From positions 1-58,546 of the IMG/VR virus record IMGVR_UViG_3300032214_001472: a stretch of DNA of 58,546 nucleotides; one strand, 5' to 3'. Below are positions 29,001 to 37,500 of the stretch, piece after piece; position 1 is the stretch's first letter; the number at the start of each line of letters is the position of its first letter. The notes under the pieces are model-generated. The model had not been told where the DNA came from. It saw only the letters and a program-made list of their open reading frames with translations, and ran no database searches. Source of the stretch: a virus (lineage: Duplodnaviria > Caudoviricetes). A program made the translations under genes and the position numbers.

Positions 29001-29719
29001 CTACTCAACAATCTTGGGCTGGAGGAAATCCTATGGCAGCTTCTGCTGTTATGATTCCACCCCCATGCAGAAGAAAGAGAAGTGGAAGAGGTGTAGTTGT
29101 CGATGTAATTGTTGAAGATCCTGGAAATGGATATCTGACTCCAACACCAGATCCAAACAACTATGATGTAATTTTAAAATTAAAAAATATTGTTGTAAAA
29201 AATCCAGGAATCAATTATAATTGTGGTGTAGATCAAATAGTAATTACTCCAAATAATGGAGTAAAACTTGATTATACTTGCGATTCATTCGGAAGAATTC
29301 AATCAGTTACTGTTTTGGATAAAGGTACTGGTGGATTTACTTCTTATCCTTCAATTACTATGCCTTCTGATACTGGAGTAAATGTAGAATTTGCTCCTGT
29401 TTTTGAAATTGTTCGAGATCCTATTGAAGCTCCTGCAAATCAAATTATCCAAGTTACTGATTTGGTTGGACTTAAGCAGACTGGATATATTGATGGAAGA
29501 TCTTACTACGGTGCTGTCTTCTATAAGGATGGACTTAAGTATGCAGGATACTATGAAACTCCAGGAAAACTTGTACAAGTTTACGATACTCTACAAGAAA
29601 GCATCACTGGAAGAGTTACAACTGCTCCAAGTGCTATTCCCAGATCTGGTACTGATGTTTCTAGCAATAATCCCCAACTTAATATTCCAGGAACTCCAAA
29701 TACAATATCAGAAACCTAA
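26039..29719 (+). CDS. Virion protein with three PA14-like domains and a duplicated insert domain
   Basis: PYDGDYIFRGSCDN, PYDGYYGFKGTADN, PESGDYDIKFQADN motifs. Confidence 0.7.
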   Translation: MPSNFNAPLNRDQIKIGYIDPKLGFVDGVSICEANNYAQKNPGTTFIVRKNRGKIEFLTINEVNRLNTDILVTDTNSCPGIQTFKECGPPTINFFGGGGIAAAGNPIIGSDGAILGVDLISGGYGYQYAPLIGVQDDCYYGSGSKLVAVLGTTVDEYEVFTDEEDFEEYEICDDTEEGYGTRWGPNGEDLGSWDPTKYTNTYEDPIRKEIEKYQKYLLSENNPFFTTRKNKPYSITSSKGQTFSNKIDVICPANIKKPDGSSAWSSFMNTYAISPVPPSDTPGSDYANVTFNIEYNLEFPYDGDYIFRGSCDNEGKLYIDDNLVGDLQGFANSPTTIQKKYNRGKHSVKLELTNKPLPSSPKSTEIVDFTVYGQGGSTNTLAFSFVSEDGKDSFTINGARKSKETRVEKIKIRPGVRYKVTSKENNTKYRVTEQGLIQQGTKNTEGGLGSSNKIFADYTGSANDNDDIQVTSNLGRFFSSNKRKAKGENKRSTYDLVYVYDPSTDTPLQTPLLGVIENSWNQNPMGVSLTIESPKAPIPKEPLPTQEGPCPPNPFWTTRFPGAAQQWYPVVYTAGNAWSKFTNRYALSPVPPLDTPGSDRAGLTFKNSWTIDVPYDGYYGFKGTADNKGKLFVDGEKIIDLQGFRNNNPTITKKFIRKGKHTIEIEVYNQPIITTTNVNQKIFSTKDWQSALPKDTEIDFTVYGQGGKTDNLAFTFVSEDGRHTFTINGAQKSKQTRVEKITILPNVNYKVTAKSDLKVFKYSEQGLIQQGTKNKEGSIGTSNKIFADHIGSANDNNDIQITTNRGLFTSSNKRKAPSGRSTYDLIFRYDSSSTVSANQTSTSQITYQGPTLFHHIQTTGGSNGKGWGSFMNDYSVSPKVFRSISDSDRRINGLHTLTWKNVTFPESGDYDIKFQADNIAILKIGNKEVQRTTSFFGDPNLIKTYVSKGSYDITIELTNIPDRTNIFKNNPTGAALLIERIVNVSEASTQQSWAGGNPMAASAVMIPPPCRRKRSGRGVVVDVIVEDPGNGYLTPTPDPNNYDVILKLKNIVVKNPGINYNCGVDQIVITPNNGVKLDYTCDSFGRIQSVTVLDKGTGGFTSYPSITMPSDTGVNVEFAPVFEIVRDPIEAPANQIIQVTDLVGLKQTGYIDGRSYYGAVFYKDGLKYAGYYETPGKLVQVYDTLQESITGRVTTAPSAIPRSGTDVSSNNPQLNIPGTPNTISET

Positions 29720-29747
29720 GTAAATAGTAGAAACAACGTGATTTATA

Positions 29748-30374
29748 ATGGCAACCCCACAAAATAGAAAAAATACAAGAATAGGTACTGATACTACTTC
29801 AACTTCGCAAAGAAATTATACTGCAACTCGATATGGTAATGATCACGGATCAATAAGCTTCGGACATCTTCATAAAAATGGAGATGTCACCTCAGATGTT
29901 TTACTTCAAGCGTCTGATGGTAGACATCATATCACTTTAGAAAAAGATGGGGATAAAAGAAAAGGATCTACGATTGTTGCAGCTCCTGGAAACTTTGCTC
30001 TTCGTTGTGGAGATGATAAAAGTGAAGCAGAAGATACCTGTTGGATTAATGCCGTAAATGGAAATATTCAACTTGTTGCCACTAAAGGAAAAATCATTCT
30101 TCAGGCAGAAGATGTAATTATTAAGGCGGTTGGTGAAGGTGGATCGAAAGGAAACATTTCACTAACTGCTACTGAATTGATTAAGATGGATGCTAAAAAA
30201 GTTTCCATTGATGCCAAGTCTCTATATAGATTGGCAACTCCTGGATCGGCAGAAATTGTTGCAAATACTTGTATGCAAATCTATAGTTCTATGATTCGTG
30301 GAGTAACTGATGCGGTTGCAGTTAGAGATTCTAAAGTTGGTGGGAAGAGATTCCAAAGTAAACAGCAAGGTTAA
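29748..30374 (+). CDS. Possible spike beta-helix protein (gp5 C-terminal-like)
   Basis: Repeating short beta strands (GNIQLVATKGKIILQAEDVIIKA); follows the gp5 region. Confidence 0.45.
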   Translation: MATPQNRKNTRIGTDTTSTSQRNYTATRYGNDHGSISFGHLHKNGDVTSDVLLQASDGRHHITLEKDGDKRKGSTIVAAPGNFALRCGDDKSEAEDTCWINAVNGNIQLVATKGKIILQAEDVIIKAVGEGGSKGNISLTATELIKMDAKKVSIDAKSLYRLATPGSAEIVANTCMQIYSSMIRGVTDAVAVRDSKVGGKRFQSKQQG

Positions 30375-30386
30375 GGAGAAGAAACA

Positions 30387-31172
30387 ATGGCATTTTTGAT
30401 GGATGATATTGCATCTGGTGGACAGGTGATGGTTGGAGCAGGTTCTCCAATTGCTTTAGGTGTAGGTCCTACAAAAATTAGAGGATCTGCATTTGTTGAA
30501 GGACCTCAGATTGTTGGTACAGCAGGGGAGTTTCCTGCGGTTTATGCTACTTTGATGGTTGGTCCTTTATCGAATAGTGATGCCACACAAGTTCCCATTC
30601 CTGGTGCAGTTTGTGGAATGAATAATTCTCCATATTCTCTTGTAGTTTCTGGAGATGCTGCAATTTTTGATAACTTGGATGCAAGTCAAAACATCTATGC
30701 AGGAAGAAATGTTGTTGCTCAGGGAGAAGTTATGTCTCGCTGTGGTACTCACATTCTTTCAGCAAAAAAGAATTTTGATATTCCTCACCCAAATAAACCT
30801 GGATGGAGACTTCGCCATACTTGTTTAGAGGGTCCTTCAAATGATGTATATGTAAGAGGAAGAGTTTTAAATAGAACTGAGATTGAGCTTCCTGAGTATT
30901 GGAAAGATTTAGTCGATCAAGATACTGTAAGCGTATCACTTACTCCTATTGGAGCACATCAGGATGTAATTGTGAAAAGAATTGATTCTGAAAAGGTTTA
31001 TCTTCAATCCAAGGGCGGAATGCCAATCAATTGCTTCTACCATATTTTTGGAGAAAGGAAGGACGGAGAAAGTTTAATAGCAGAATATGAAGGAGAAACT
31101 CCAGCAGATTACCCAGGAAATAATGAAGAATATTCTGTTGTTGGGTGGAATTATGATGTTCGTAAAAACTGA
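30387..31172 (+). CDS. Virion protein with C-terminal FDIPHP/LEGP domain (intramolecular chaperone-like)
   Basis: KKNFDIPHP...LRHTCLEGP...VYVRG...LPEYW..LVD...ERKD. Confidence 0.55.
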   Translation: MAFLMDDIASGGQVMVGAGSPIALGVGPTKIRGSAFVEGPQIVGTAGEFPAVYATLMVGPLSNSDATQVPIPGAVCGMNNSPYSLVVSGDAAIFDNLDASQNIYAGRNVVAQGEVMSRCGTHILSAKKNFDIPHPNKPGWRLRHTCLEGPSNDVYVRGRVLNRTEIELPEYWKDLVDQDTVSVSLTPIGAHQDVIVKRIDSEKVYLQSKGGMPINCFYHIFGERKDGESLIAEYEGETPADYPGNNEEYSVVGWNYDVRKN

Positions 31173-31180
31173 GAAGAACT

Positions 31181-31801
31181 ATGACAGATTTTAATTTTAT
31201 ACCCCGTCAAGATGGAAGAAAAGCTTGTGATGGGGAATGGGAAGGTATTCCTACTTCAAATTGGAGATATCCCGTTTATCCCTGGACGGGAGATAGACAA
31301 TATCCAGACGATGCTTGTCCCATTAGAAGACATGATTATGTGCAGTGTACAGATCTAAAATGGGCTGGTGGCATCTTATCTGTAAAAGCTCCATATTGGG
31401 ATTCCAAGAAATCTTTTGATATTCCACACCCAACTAAAGATGGATATCGTCTTAGATATATTTGCCTTGAAGGACCTGAGGCAGAGGTATATTTAAGAGG
31501 TAAATTGGAGAATAATACTGTTATTCAACTTCCAGATTATTGGAGGGAGCTTGTTAATCCAGAAACAATAGGAGTAACCTTAACTTCTATTGGATCATAT
31601 CAAGAGTTGTTTGTGGAAAAGATTGAATGGGGAACTCGCATCATTGTTAAAAATAATGCAGGAGGAGCCATCAATTGCACATATGTTGTTTATGGTGAAA
31701 GAAAGGATGTTACTAAAAATATTGCAGAATATGAAGGAACAAGTCCTAACGATTATCCAGGAGACAACCGAGAGTACGTGATCAATGGGGGAAGGGCTTG
31801 A
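31181..31801 (+). CDS. Paralogue sharing the FDIPHP/LEGP domain
   Basis: KKSFDIPHP...LRYICLEGP...LPDYW...GERKD...DYPG.N.EY. Confidence 0.55.
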   Translation: MTDFNFIPRQDGRKACDGEWEGIPTSNWRYPVYPWTGDRQYPDDACPIRRHDYVQCTDLKWAGGILSVKAPYWDSKKSFDIPHPTKDGYRLRYICLEGPEAEVYLRGKLENNTVIQLPDYWRELVNPETIGVTLTSIGSYQELFVEKIEWGTRIIVKNNAGGAINCTYVVYGERKDVTKNIAEYEGTSPNDYPGDNREYVINGGRA

Positions 31802-31826
31802 CACGGGCAGCCCGCCCTGCTATGAT
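31798..31826 (+). promoter_or_regulatory. sigma70-type promoter with extended -10
   Basis: TTGACA-17 nt-TATGAT preceded by TGC; opens the tRNA/HNH island. Confidence 0.75.
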
Positions 31827-31852
31827 ACTTGGGTAATCACGAAACGAACCGA

Positions 31853-32035
31853 ATGCAAGGCGAGTACCTGTCCCGTTGTGTGGTAGATCCTCTCAAGCGC
31901 ACCGTCTACCTTTATTCCAGCGAAGGATCGGAAAAGCAAGTGTCCTGTGATACTGTTGATGAGTTTATGAGTGTACTAGACTTTGTTCGTAGTACACTTG
32001 ACGAAAGCACTCTTTCTTACGCAAATCCACTATGA
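31853..32035 (+). CDS. Hypothetical protein
   Basis: ATG 31853 downstream of the promoter. Confidence 0.7.
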   Translation: MQGEYLSRCVVDPLKRTVYLYSSEGSEKQVSCDTVDEFMSVLDFVRSTLDESTLSYANPL

Positions 32036-32211
32036 GGAAAGAAACAAGAGAATCAATGGAAATGCTCTTCACTGCAAAGTGGAACGTTCCAAAAGCGGCA
32101 GAGAACTGTAATCTCACTAATAAAGAAATGAAGATTACGTTCAACGAATACTGCCGTTTACATCCTCCAACTTATATGGTAGAATGTAACAGTCAACTCA
32201 GTTTACTCTGA
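32032..32211 (+). CDS. Hypothetical protein (59 aa, not in track)
   Basis: ATGA overlap; MRKETRESMEMLFTAKWNVPKAAENCNL... Confidence 0.65.
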   Translation: MRKETRESMEMLFTAKWNVPKAAENCNLTNKEMKITFNEYCRLHPPTYMVECNSQLSLL

Positions 32212-32220
32212 GTTTTTTAT

Positions 32221-32295
32221 GGGAGTGTAGCCCAATTGGCAGCAGGCAAATGACTTAAAATCATTACAGTGTGGGTTCGAGTCCCACCACTCCTA
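32221..32295 (+). tRNA. trnL: tRNA-Leu(TAA), short variable loop, no encoded CCA
   Basis: GGGAGTG/CACTCCT acceptor, AATGA-CTTAAAA-TCATT anticodon arm, GTGGG-TTCGAGT-CCCAC T arm. Confidence 0.88.
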
Positions 32296-32340
32296 TTAAA
32301 AGGTAAAGTTATATAAATAATATTAACTTTACCTTTTAAT
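32295..32340 (+). promoter_or_regulatory. 17-bp perfect hairpin with late promoter TATAAATA in its loop
   Basis: ATTAAAAGGTAAAGTTA-(TATAAATAATAT)-TAACTTTACCTTTTAAT, ending 2 nt before the HNH ATG. Confidence 0.85.
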
Positions 32341-32342
32341 GT

Positions 32343-32798
32343 ATGTCTTCTAAATATACTGAAGAGCAATTTATAGAAGCAGTAAAAACTTCTACAAGTG
32401 TTCGTCAAGTCCTATCCAAAATAGGAGTTAAAGAAGCAGGAGGAAACTACAAAGTAGCAAGAGACAAAATTAAAAGATTAAATCTTGATACTTCACATTT
32501 CACTGGTATGGGTTGGTTGAAAGGACAAACTCATAAACATACAACTAAACCAATTGAATATTATTTAACAGAAGATTCTTATCATCAATCATACAAACTT
32601 AAATTAAGACTTATCGCAGAAGGTACAAAACAACACAGATGCGAAGAATGTGATATAATAGAGTGGAGAGGAAAACCTACTCCAATTGAATTGGACCATA
32701 TTAACGGGAACAATCGTGATAATCGTTTAGAAAATCTTCGTTTGCTATGTCCTAATTGCCACGCACAAACTCCTACCTATCGTGGTAGGAATAAATAA
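32343..32798 (+). CDS. Free-standing HNH (homing) endonuclease with Zn finger
   Basis: CEEC...ELDHINGNNRDNRLENLRLLCPNCH. Confidence 0.9.
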   Translation: MSSKYTEEQFIEAVKTSTSVRQVLSKIGVKEAGGNYKVARDKIKRLNLDTSHFTGMGWLKGQTHKHTTKPIEYYLTEDSYHQSYKLKLRLIAEGTKQHRCEECDIIEWRGKPTPIELDHINGNNRDNRLENLRLLCPNCHAQTPTYRGRNK

Positions 32799-32818
32799 AC
32801 AAAAGTAGGAAACATCCT

Positions 32819-33088
32819 ATGAAGTACAAAATTGATACCAGTTATTGTTGGTATGATAAAGGAACTCAAATTGTCCTTATGTACTTTATAAATCAAGTTC
32901 CGTTTACTTTTGACGAACTTCCAGATAATTCAATCTATGATCTGGAACTAGTAAAAATTGCAGATAACGAAAGAAGGTTTGAACCAGAGGATTTATATAA
33001 AACATCATTCTATTTGATTGATGAAGAATGTCATCCTATGTTGTTTGATCTTGAACTGGAAAATCCAGAAATGTTACCTGTAGACTAA
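32819..33088 (+). CDS. Hypothetical protein
   Basis: 89-aa ORF. Confidence 0.7.
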   Translation: MKYKIDTSYCWYDKGTQIVLMYFINQVPFTFDELPDNSIYDLELVKIADNERRFEPEDLYKTSFYLIDEECHPMLFDLELENPEMLPVD

Positions 33089-33091
33089 TTT

Positions 33092-33163
33092 GCCCTTGTA
33101 GCTCAGTGGTAGAGCAACGGTTTTGTAAACCGTTGGTCGTCTGTTCGAATCAGATCGGGGGCT
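33092..33163 (+). tRNA. trnT: tRNA-Thr(TGT), no encoded CCA
   Basis: GCCCTTG/CGGGGGC acceptor, GCTC-AGTGGTA-GAGC D arm, ACGGT-TTTGTAA-ACCGT, TTCGAAT T loop. Confidence 0.92.
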
Positions 33164-33185
33164 CTGAGTTCTTTAAAACTCCAAA

Positions 33186-33359
33186 ATGAACATTAAACTT
33201 TGGTATTGTGAGTCTATGAAGCAATGGCGTTGGACTCTTACTGACAGTTCGCGTCCTATTCGCAGGCAAGAATCGGGACAACAACCATTTCTTCGTGATG
33301 CTATGAATGATGTAGCAAGCACAGTAGAATATATGTTAGAATGCAAACAAAATGAGTAA
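33186..33359 (+). CDS. Hypothetical protein (57 aa, not in track)
   Basis: MNIKLWYCESMKQWRWTL...KQNE*. Confidence 0.65.
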   Translation: MNIKLWYCESMKQWRWTLTDSSRPIRRQESGQQPFLRDAMNDVASTVEYMLECKQNE

Positions 33360-33369
33360 TAATACTTAA

Positions 33370-33981
33370 ATGAAATCGGATTTTTATATAGATAGGGTTA
33401 GTAAGGATGAAGTAAAAAATTTACTTTATACTTACCATTATCTAAAAGACGAATCTAAAGATTTTAAGTCAGGATATAACTATGGACTTTTCAAATCCGA
33501 TAGTTCTGATGTTCTCCATGTGGGTGGCTCCTTTGCTGCTTGTATCTTTACTAAAATACCCGTCCCAGAAATAGCAGTAAGTGCTTTTGGATTGGAAAGA
33601 CATCAACAAGATGGACTTTATGAACTTTCCCGTCTCTGCATTCATCCAGAAATACAGAAAAAAGAATATAATATTACATCCTGGTTTGTAAGTCGCTGTA
33701 TCAAGAGGTTTAAAAAAGATGCCACAGTTCGTGCTATTCTTAGTTATGCTGACTCTAATCACCACACTGGAATTATATACCGAGCTTGTAATTTTAAGTA
33801 CTACGGTTTAACAGCACCAAAGAAAGATTTCTACTATGCTGATGGTACAAAACATTCAAGAGGTAGTGTTCGCGGCGCTGATGGTGAGTGGCATGATCGC
33901 AGTCGTAAACATCGCTATCTTATGGTATTCGATAAAACGCTGAACCTCTTGTGGAAAGAAGAAAAGTATGGTAATATATAA
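33370..33981 (+). CDS. Mom-like (GNAT-fold) DNA modification protein
   Basis: YHYL, ELSRLC, SWFVSR, SYADS.HHTGIIYRACNF.Y.G, KHRY. Confidence 0.78.
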   Translation: MKSDFYIDRVSKDEVKNLLYTYHYLKDESKDFKSGYNYGLFKSDSSDVLHVGGSFAACIFTKIPVPEIAVSAFGLERHQQDGLYELSRLCIHPEIQKKEYNITSWFVSRCIKRFKKDATVRAILSYADSNHHTGIIYRACNFKYYGLTAPKKDFYYADGTKHSRGSVRGADGEWHDRSRKHRYLMVFDKTLNLLWKEEKYGNI

Positions 33982-34015
33982 AGGTGTGAAGGAAGTCGCA
34001 CTTTATGTGCTATAT

Positions 34016-34051
34016 AAAAGCATACTTTCCTAAATAGGTTAGTATGCTTTT
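34016..34051 (+). promoter_or_regulatory. Hairpin with late promoter CTAAATA in its loop
   Basis: AAAAGCATACT-(TTCCTAAATAGGTT)-AGTATGCTTTT, ending 5 nt before the HNH ATG 34057. Confidence 0.75.
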
Positions 34052-34056
34052 TTCTT

Positions 34057-34509
34057 ATGTTATTAAACAATTTTACTGATAATCAAATAAAAGAATTTTT
34101 ATCTGATAGTTATTCTATTTGGGAATTTTGTAAAAAAGTTGGATACAAAAATAAAAGTAGTAGAGTTTACTCTGTAGTAAAAAATAATCTAAGTAAAAGA
34201 AATATAAATTTTGAAAATTATCCACATTTATTCAGAAAAGTCGGATTTACTATTAAAAAAACAAATGAAGAAATTTTTAGTGAAAAATCTACTTATGAAA
34301 GGAAAGATTTGAAAAGAAAAATAATAAAGGAAAATTTGTTAGAATATAAATGCTCAAAGTGTAGTATTTTTGAGTGGTTTGGAAATCCATTATCGTTACA
34401 ATTGGATCATATTAATGGAATTAATAATGACAATAGATTGGAGAACTTGAGATTTTTATGTCCAAACTGTCATACACAAACTCCAACTTGGGGAAATAAA
34501 AAGAGATAA
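34057..34509 (+). CDS. Second free-standing HNH endonuclease
   Basis: CSKC...LQLDHINGINNDNRLENLRFLCPNCH; visibly more AT-rich than its flanks. Confidence 0.9.
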   Translation: MLLNNFTDNQIKEFLSDSYSIWEFCKKVGYKNKSSRVYSVVKNNLSKRNINFENYPHLFRKVGFTIKKTNEEIFSEKSTYERKDLKRKIIKENLLEYKCSKCSIFEWFGNPLSLQLDHINGINNDNRLENLRFLCPNCHTQTPTWGNKKR

Positions 34510-34564
34510 GAAGGTTTTGTTGTATGATAAATAATCCATAACGGAAACTATAAGAACTAATAAA

Positions 34565-37500
34565 ATGGGTCTCTCCAGATTAGATAATTTTTTAAAGAAT
34601 GTTCGCGGAAATATTCTTTATGTTAACCCTAATGATCTAGACTCTACAGACAGTATTGAAAATCAGGGTAACTCTTTAGCCCGTCCATTTAAAACAATTC
34701 AAAGAGCACTAGCTGAGGCATCAAGATTTTCATATCAGAGAGGATTAAAGAACGATAGATTCGGACAAACAACTATTCTTCTTTATCCTGGTGATCATAT
34801 TGTAGATAACCGTCCTGGATGGATTCCTGATGGTGTAAATAATTTTAGGTTGAGAAACGGAGCTACAACAACAGATTTCTCTTCTTGGGATTTAACTACA
34901 AACTTTGATTTAAATGCTGCGGATAATGCTTTATATAAACTGAATAGTGTTTATGGTGGTGTTATTATACCCAGAGGCACTTCTATTGTTGGTTTAGATC
35001 TACGTAAGACTAAAATTCGTCCTAAGTATGTTCCAAATCCAACTAATGATGAAATTGAAAGATCTGCTATCTTTAGAGTAACTGGAAGTTGTTACTTCTG
35101 GCAGTTTTCTATTTTTGATGCAGATCCAAATGGAACTTGTTATGTTGATTATACTAGCAATCCTTTTGTTCCCAATTTCTCTCACCACAAACTAACATCA
35201 TTTGAATATGCTGATGGCGTAAACAACGTCGTAATTAATGATACCTTTATCAACAATTATCGTGCAGATCGTACAGATCTTGACATTTATTACGAAAAGG
35301 TTGGATTAGCATATGGACAATCCAGTGGACGTGCAATTGAACCAGATTATCCAGATCCAAATATAGATATTCAACCTAAGATTGATGAATATCGTATTGT
35401 TGGTTCTACAGGAGCTAGTGTTGGTATTACTAGCATTAAATCGGGTGACGGCACAACAAGTACAACCACGATTACTGTTACCACAACATCAGTACTTTCT
35501 GGACTTGATGTAGATACTCCATTCAGAATTAATGGAATTACTGCAGAAGGATATGATGGACAATTTGTTGTTAGTGAAAGATTAAGTGATACTGTATTAC
35601 AATATAAGGTACAGAATGCTCCTTCTGTTGCATTGCCATCTGTTACTGGATCAATCTTAACTCTTAATTCTGATACAGTAACTTCTGCATCTCCATACAT
35701 CTTTAACGTATCTCTGAGATCCGTTTATGGTATGTGCGGACTTCATGCTGATGGTAGCAGAGCAACAGGATTTAAGTCCATGGTTGTTGCTCAGTTCACT
35801 GGCATTGGACTTCAGAAAGATGATAATGCATTCGTAATCTACGATCAAATTACAGGCACATATCAAGATAGTTCAGTCCCAGGAAATGATAGCCTAGGAA
35901 CAAATTCAAGATCAGTATTCAAACCAGCATACGCAAACTATCATATTAAAGCCTCAAATGATGCGTTCATTCAGAACGTATCTGTTTTTGCTATTGGTTT
36001 TGCTGAGCATTTTCTTGTTGAGTCTGGTGGTGATATGTCTATCACCAACTCAAACTCTAACTTTGGTGCCAAAGCACTTGTTGCAACAGGATATCGCCAA
36101 AATGCATACTCCCAGGATGATGTTGGATACATAACCCACATTATTCCACCAAAAGAAATTACAACTCCAATTACATCAATTGAGTTTAATGCAATTGATG
36201 TTTCATCTACTGTTGGTGTTGGAACAACTACCGAGAGATTGTACTTATACAATCAAACTAACTCTGATGTTCCACCAGAAAATGTAATTGAAGGATATAG
36301 AATTGGTGCAAAAGAAAATGATAATCTAAATGTTCTTATTTCTATTGGTGGATCTGTAACACAATACAGTTCCCGTATTGTAATGCAAAATTCTCAGGAT
36401 ACTTCTGAGAAAGTTTTCTATGTGAATAGATCTCCAGGTGGAATTAATAGTATTACTTCAAATGTTGCAACATTAACTCAGGCGCATACATTTGCTAATG
36501 GAGAATCAATTAGAATTCTAAGTGACAGTGGACAATTGCCAGATGGATTGAATCCAAATTCAGTTTATTATGCAATTACCAGTGATTCTGGAATTACCAC
36601 AAACACTCAGATCAAGATTGCAAAGACAAGAAATGAAGCTATAAGTGGTAATGAAATTTCAATCAATGAGAAGGGTGGAACTCTTAAGATTGTAAGTAGA
36701 GTATCTGATAAAATTTCTGGTGATATTGGACACCCAATTCAGTATGATTCATCCCTTGGACAGTGGTATGTAAAGGTAGCCACTGCATCAACTGAAAATT
36801 CAATTTATGGTACTTTAATTGGATTGGGAGTAACTGCTCTTGGAAATGCTACACCAAGAACTTTCATTAATAGACAACAAGATAATCGTAATTCAACAGA
36901 TACAATCTATCGTTTAAGATATGTAATTCCAGCTTCCTCTGGAGTACCAGTATCAAGACCAGTAACTGATGGATATATTATCCAAGAATCGAATACTTCA
37001 ATTGGATCGACTGCTGGAGAGATTCAAACCTACTTTGGAACAGGATCTCTTACAAATATTAACCAGCAAAGAAACTTTAGATTTATTGCGAATGCAAATT
37101 GGAATGCTTCTACCGCAAATATTCTGACAGAATTACCTCACAATCTTTCTGTTGGATCCCAGGTTGAACTTATCAATATTAAGAGTTCTTCCAATCCACT
37201 TGGAGTTGGAAATAGTGGATATAATGGAATCTTTAACGTAACTGGAATCGCAAGTGCAAGAGAATTTGTAGTTGGAATTACAACAAGTCCTGGAGATTTT
37301 ACAAGCAATGTAAACATCAGAGATACAAATCTCCCATATTATAAGAGAAAGAGATATCAAAATACTTATTACGTTTATAGAACTCAGGAAGCTCAAAAAT
37401 ATGTTCCTGGAACTCAAGATGGTATTTACTATCTGACAGTTGTTAACTCTTCAAACTCTCCTACGGTTTCTCCTTTTATTGAGAAGAAGTTCTCTCAACC

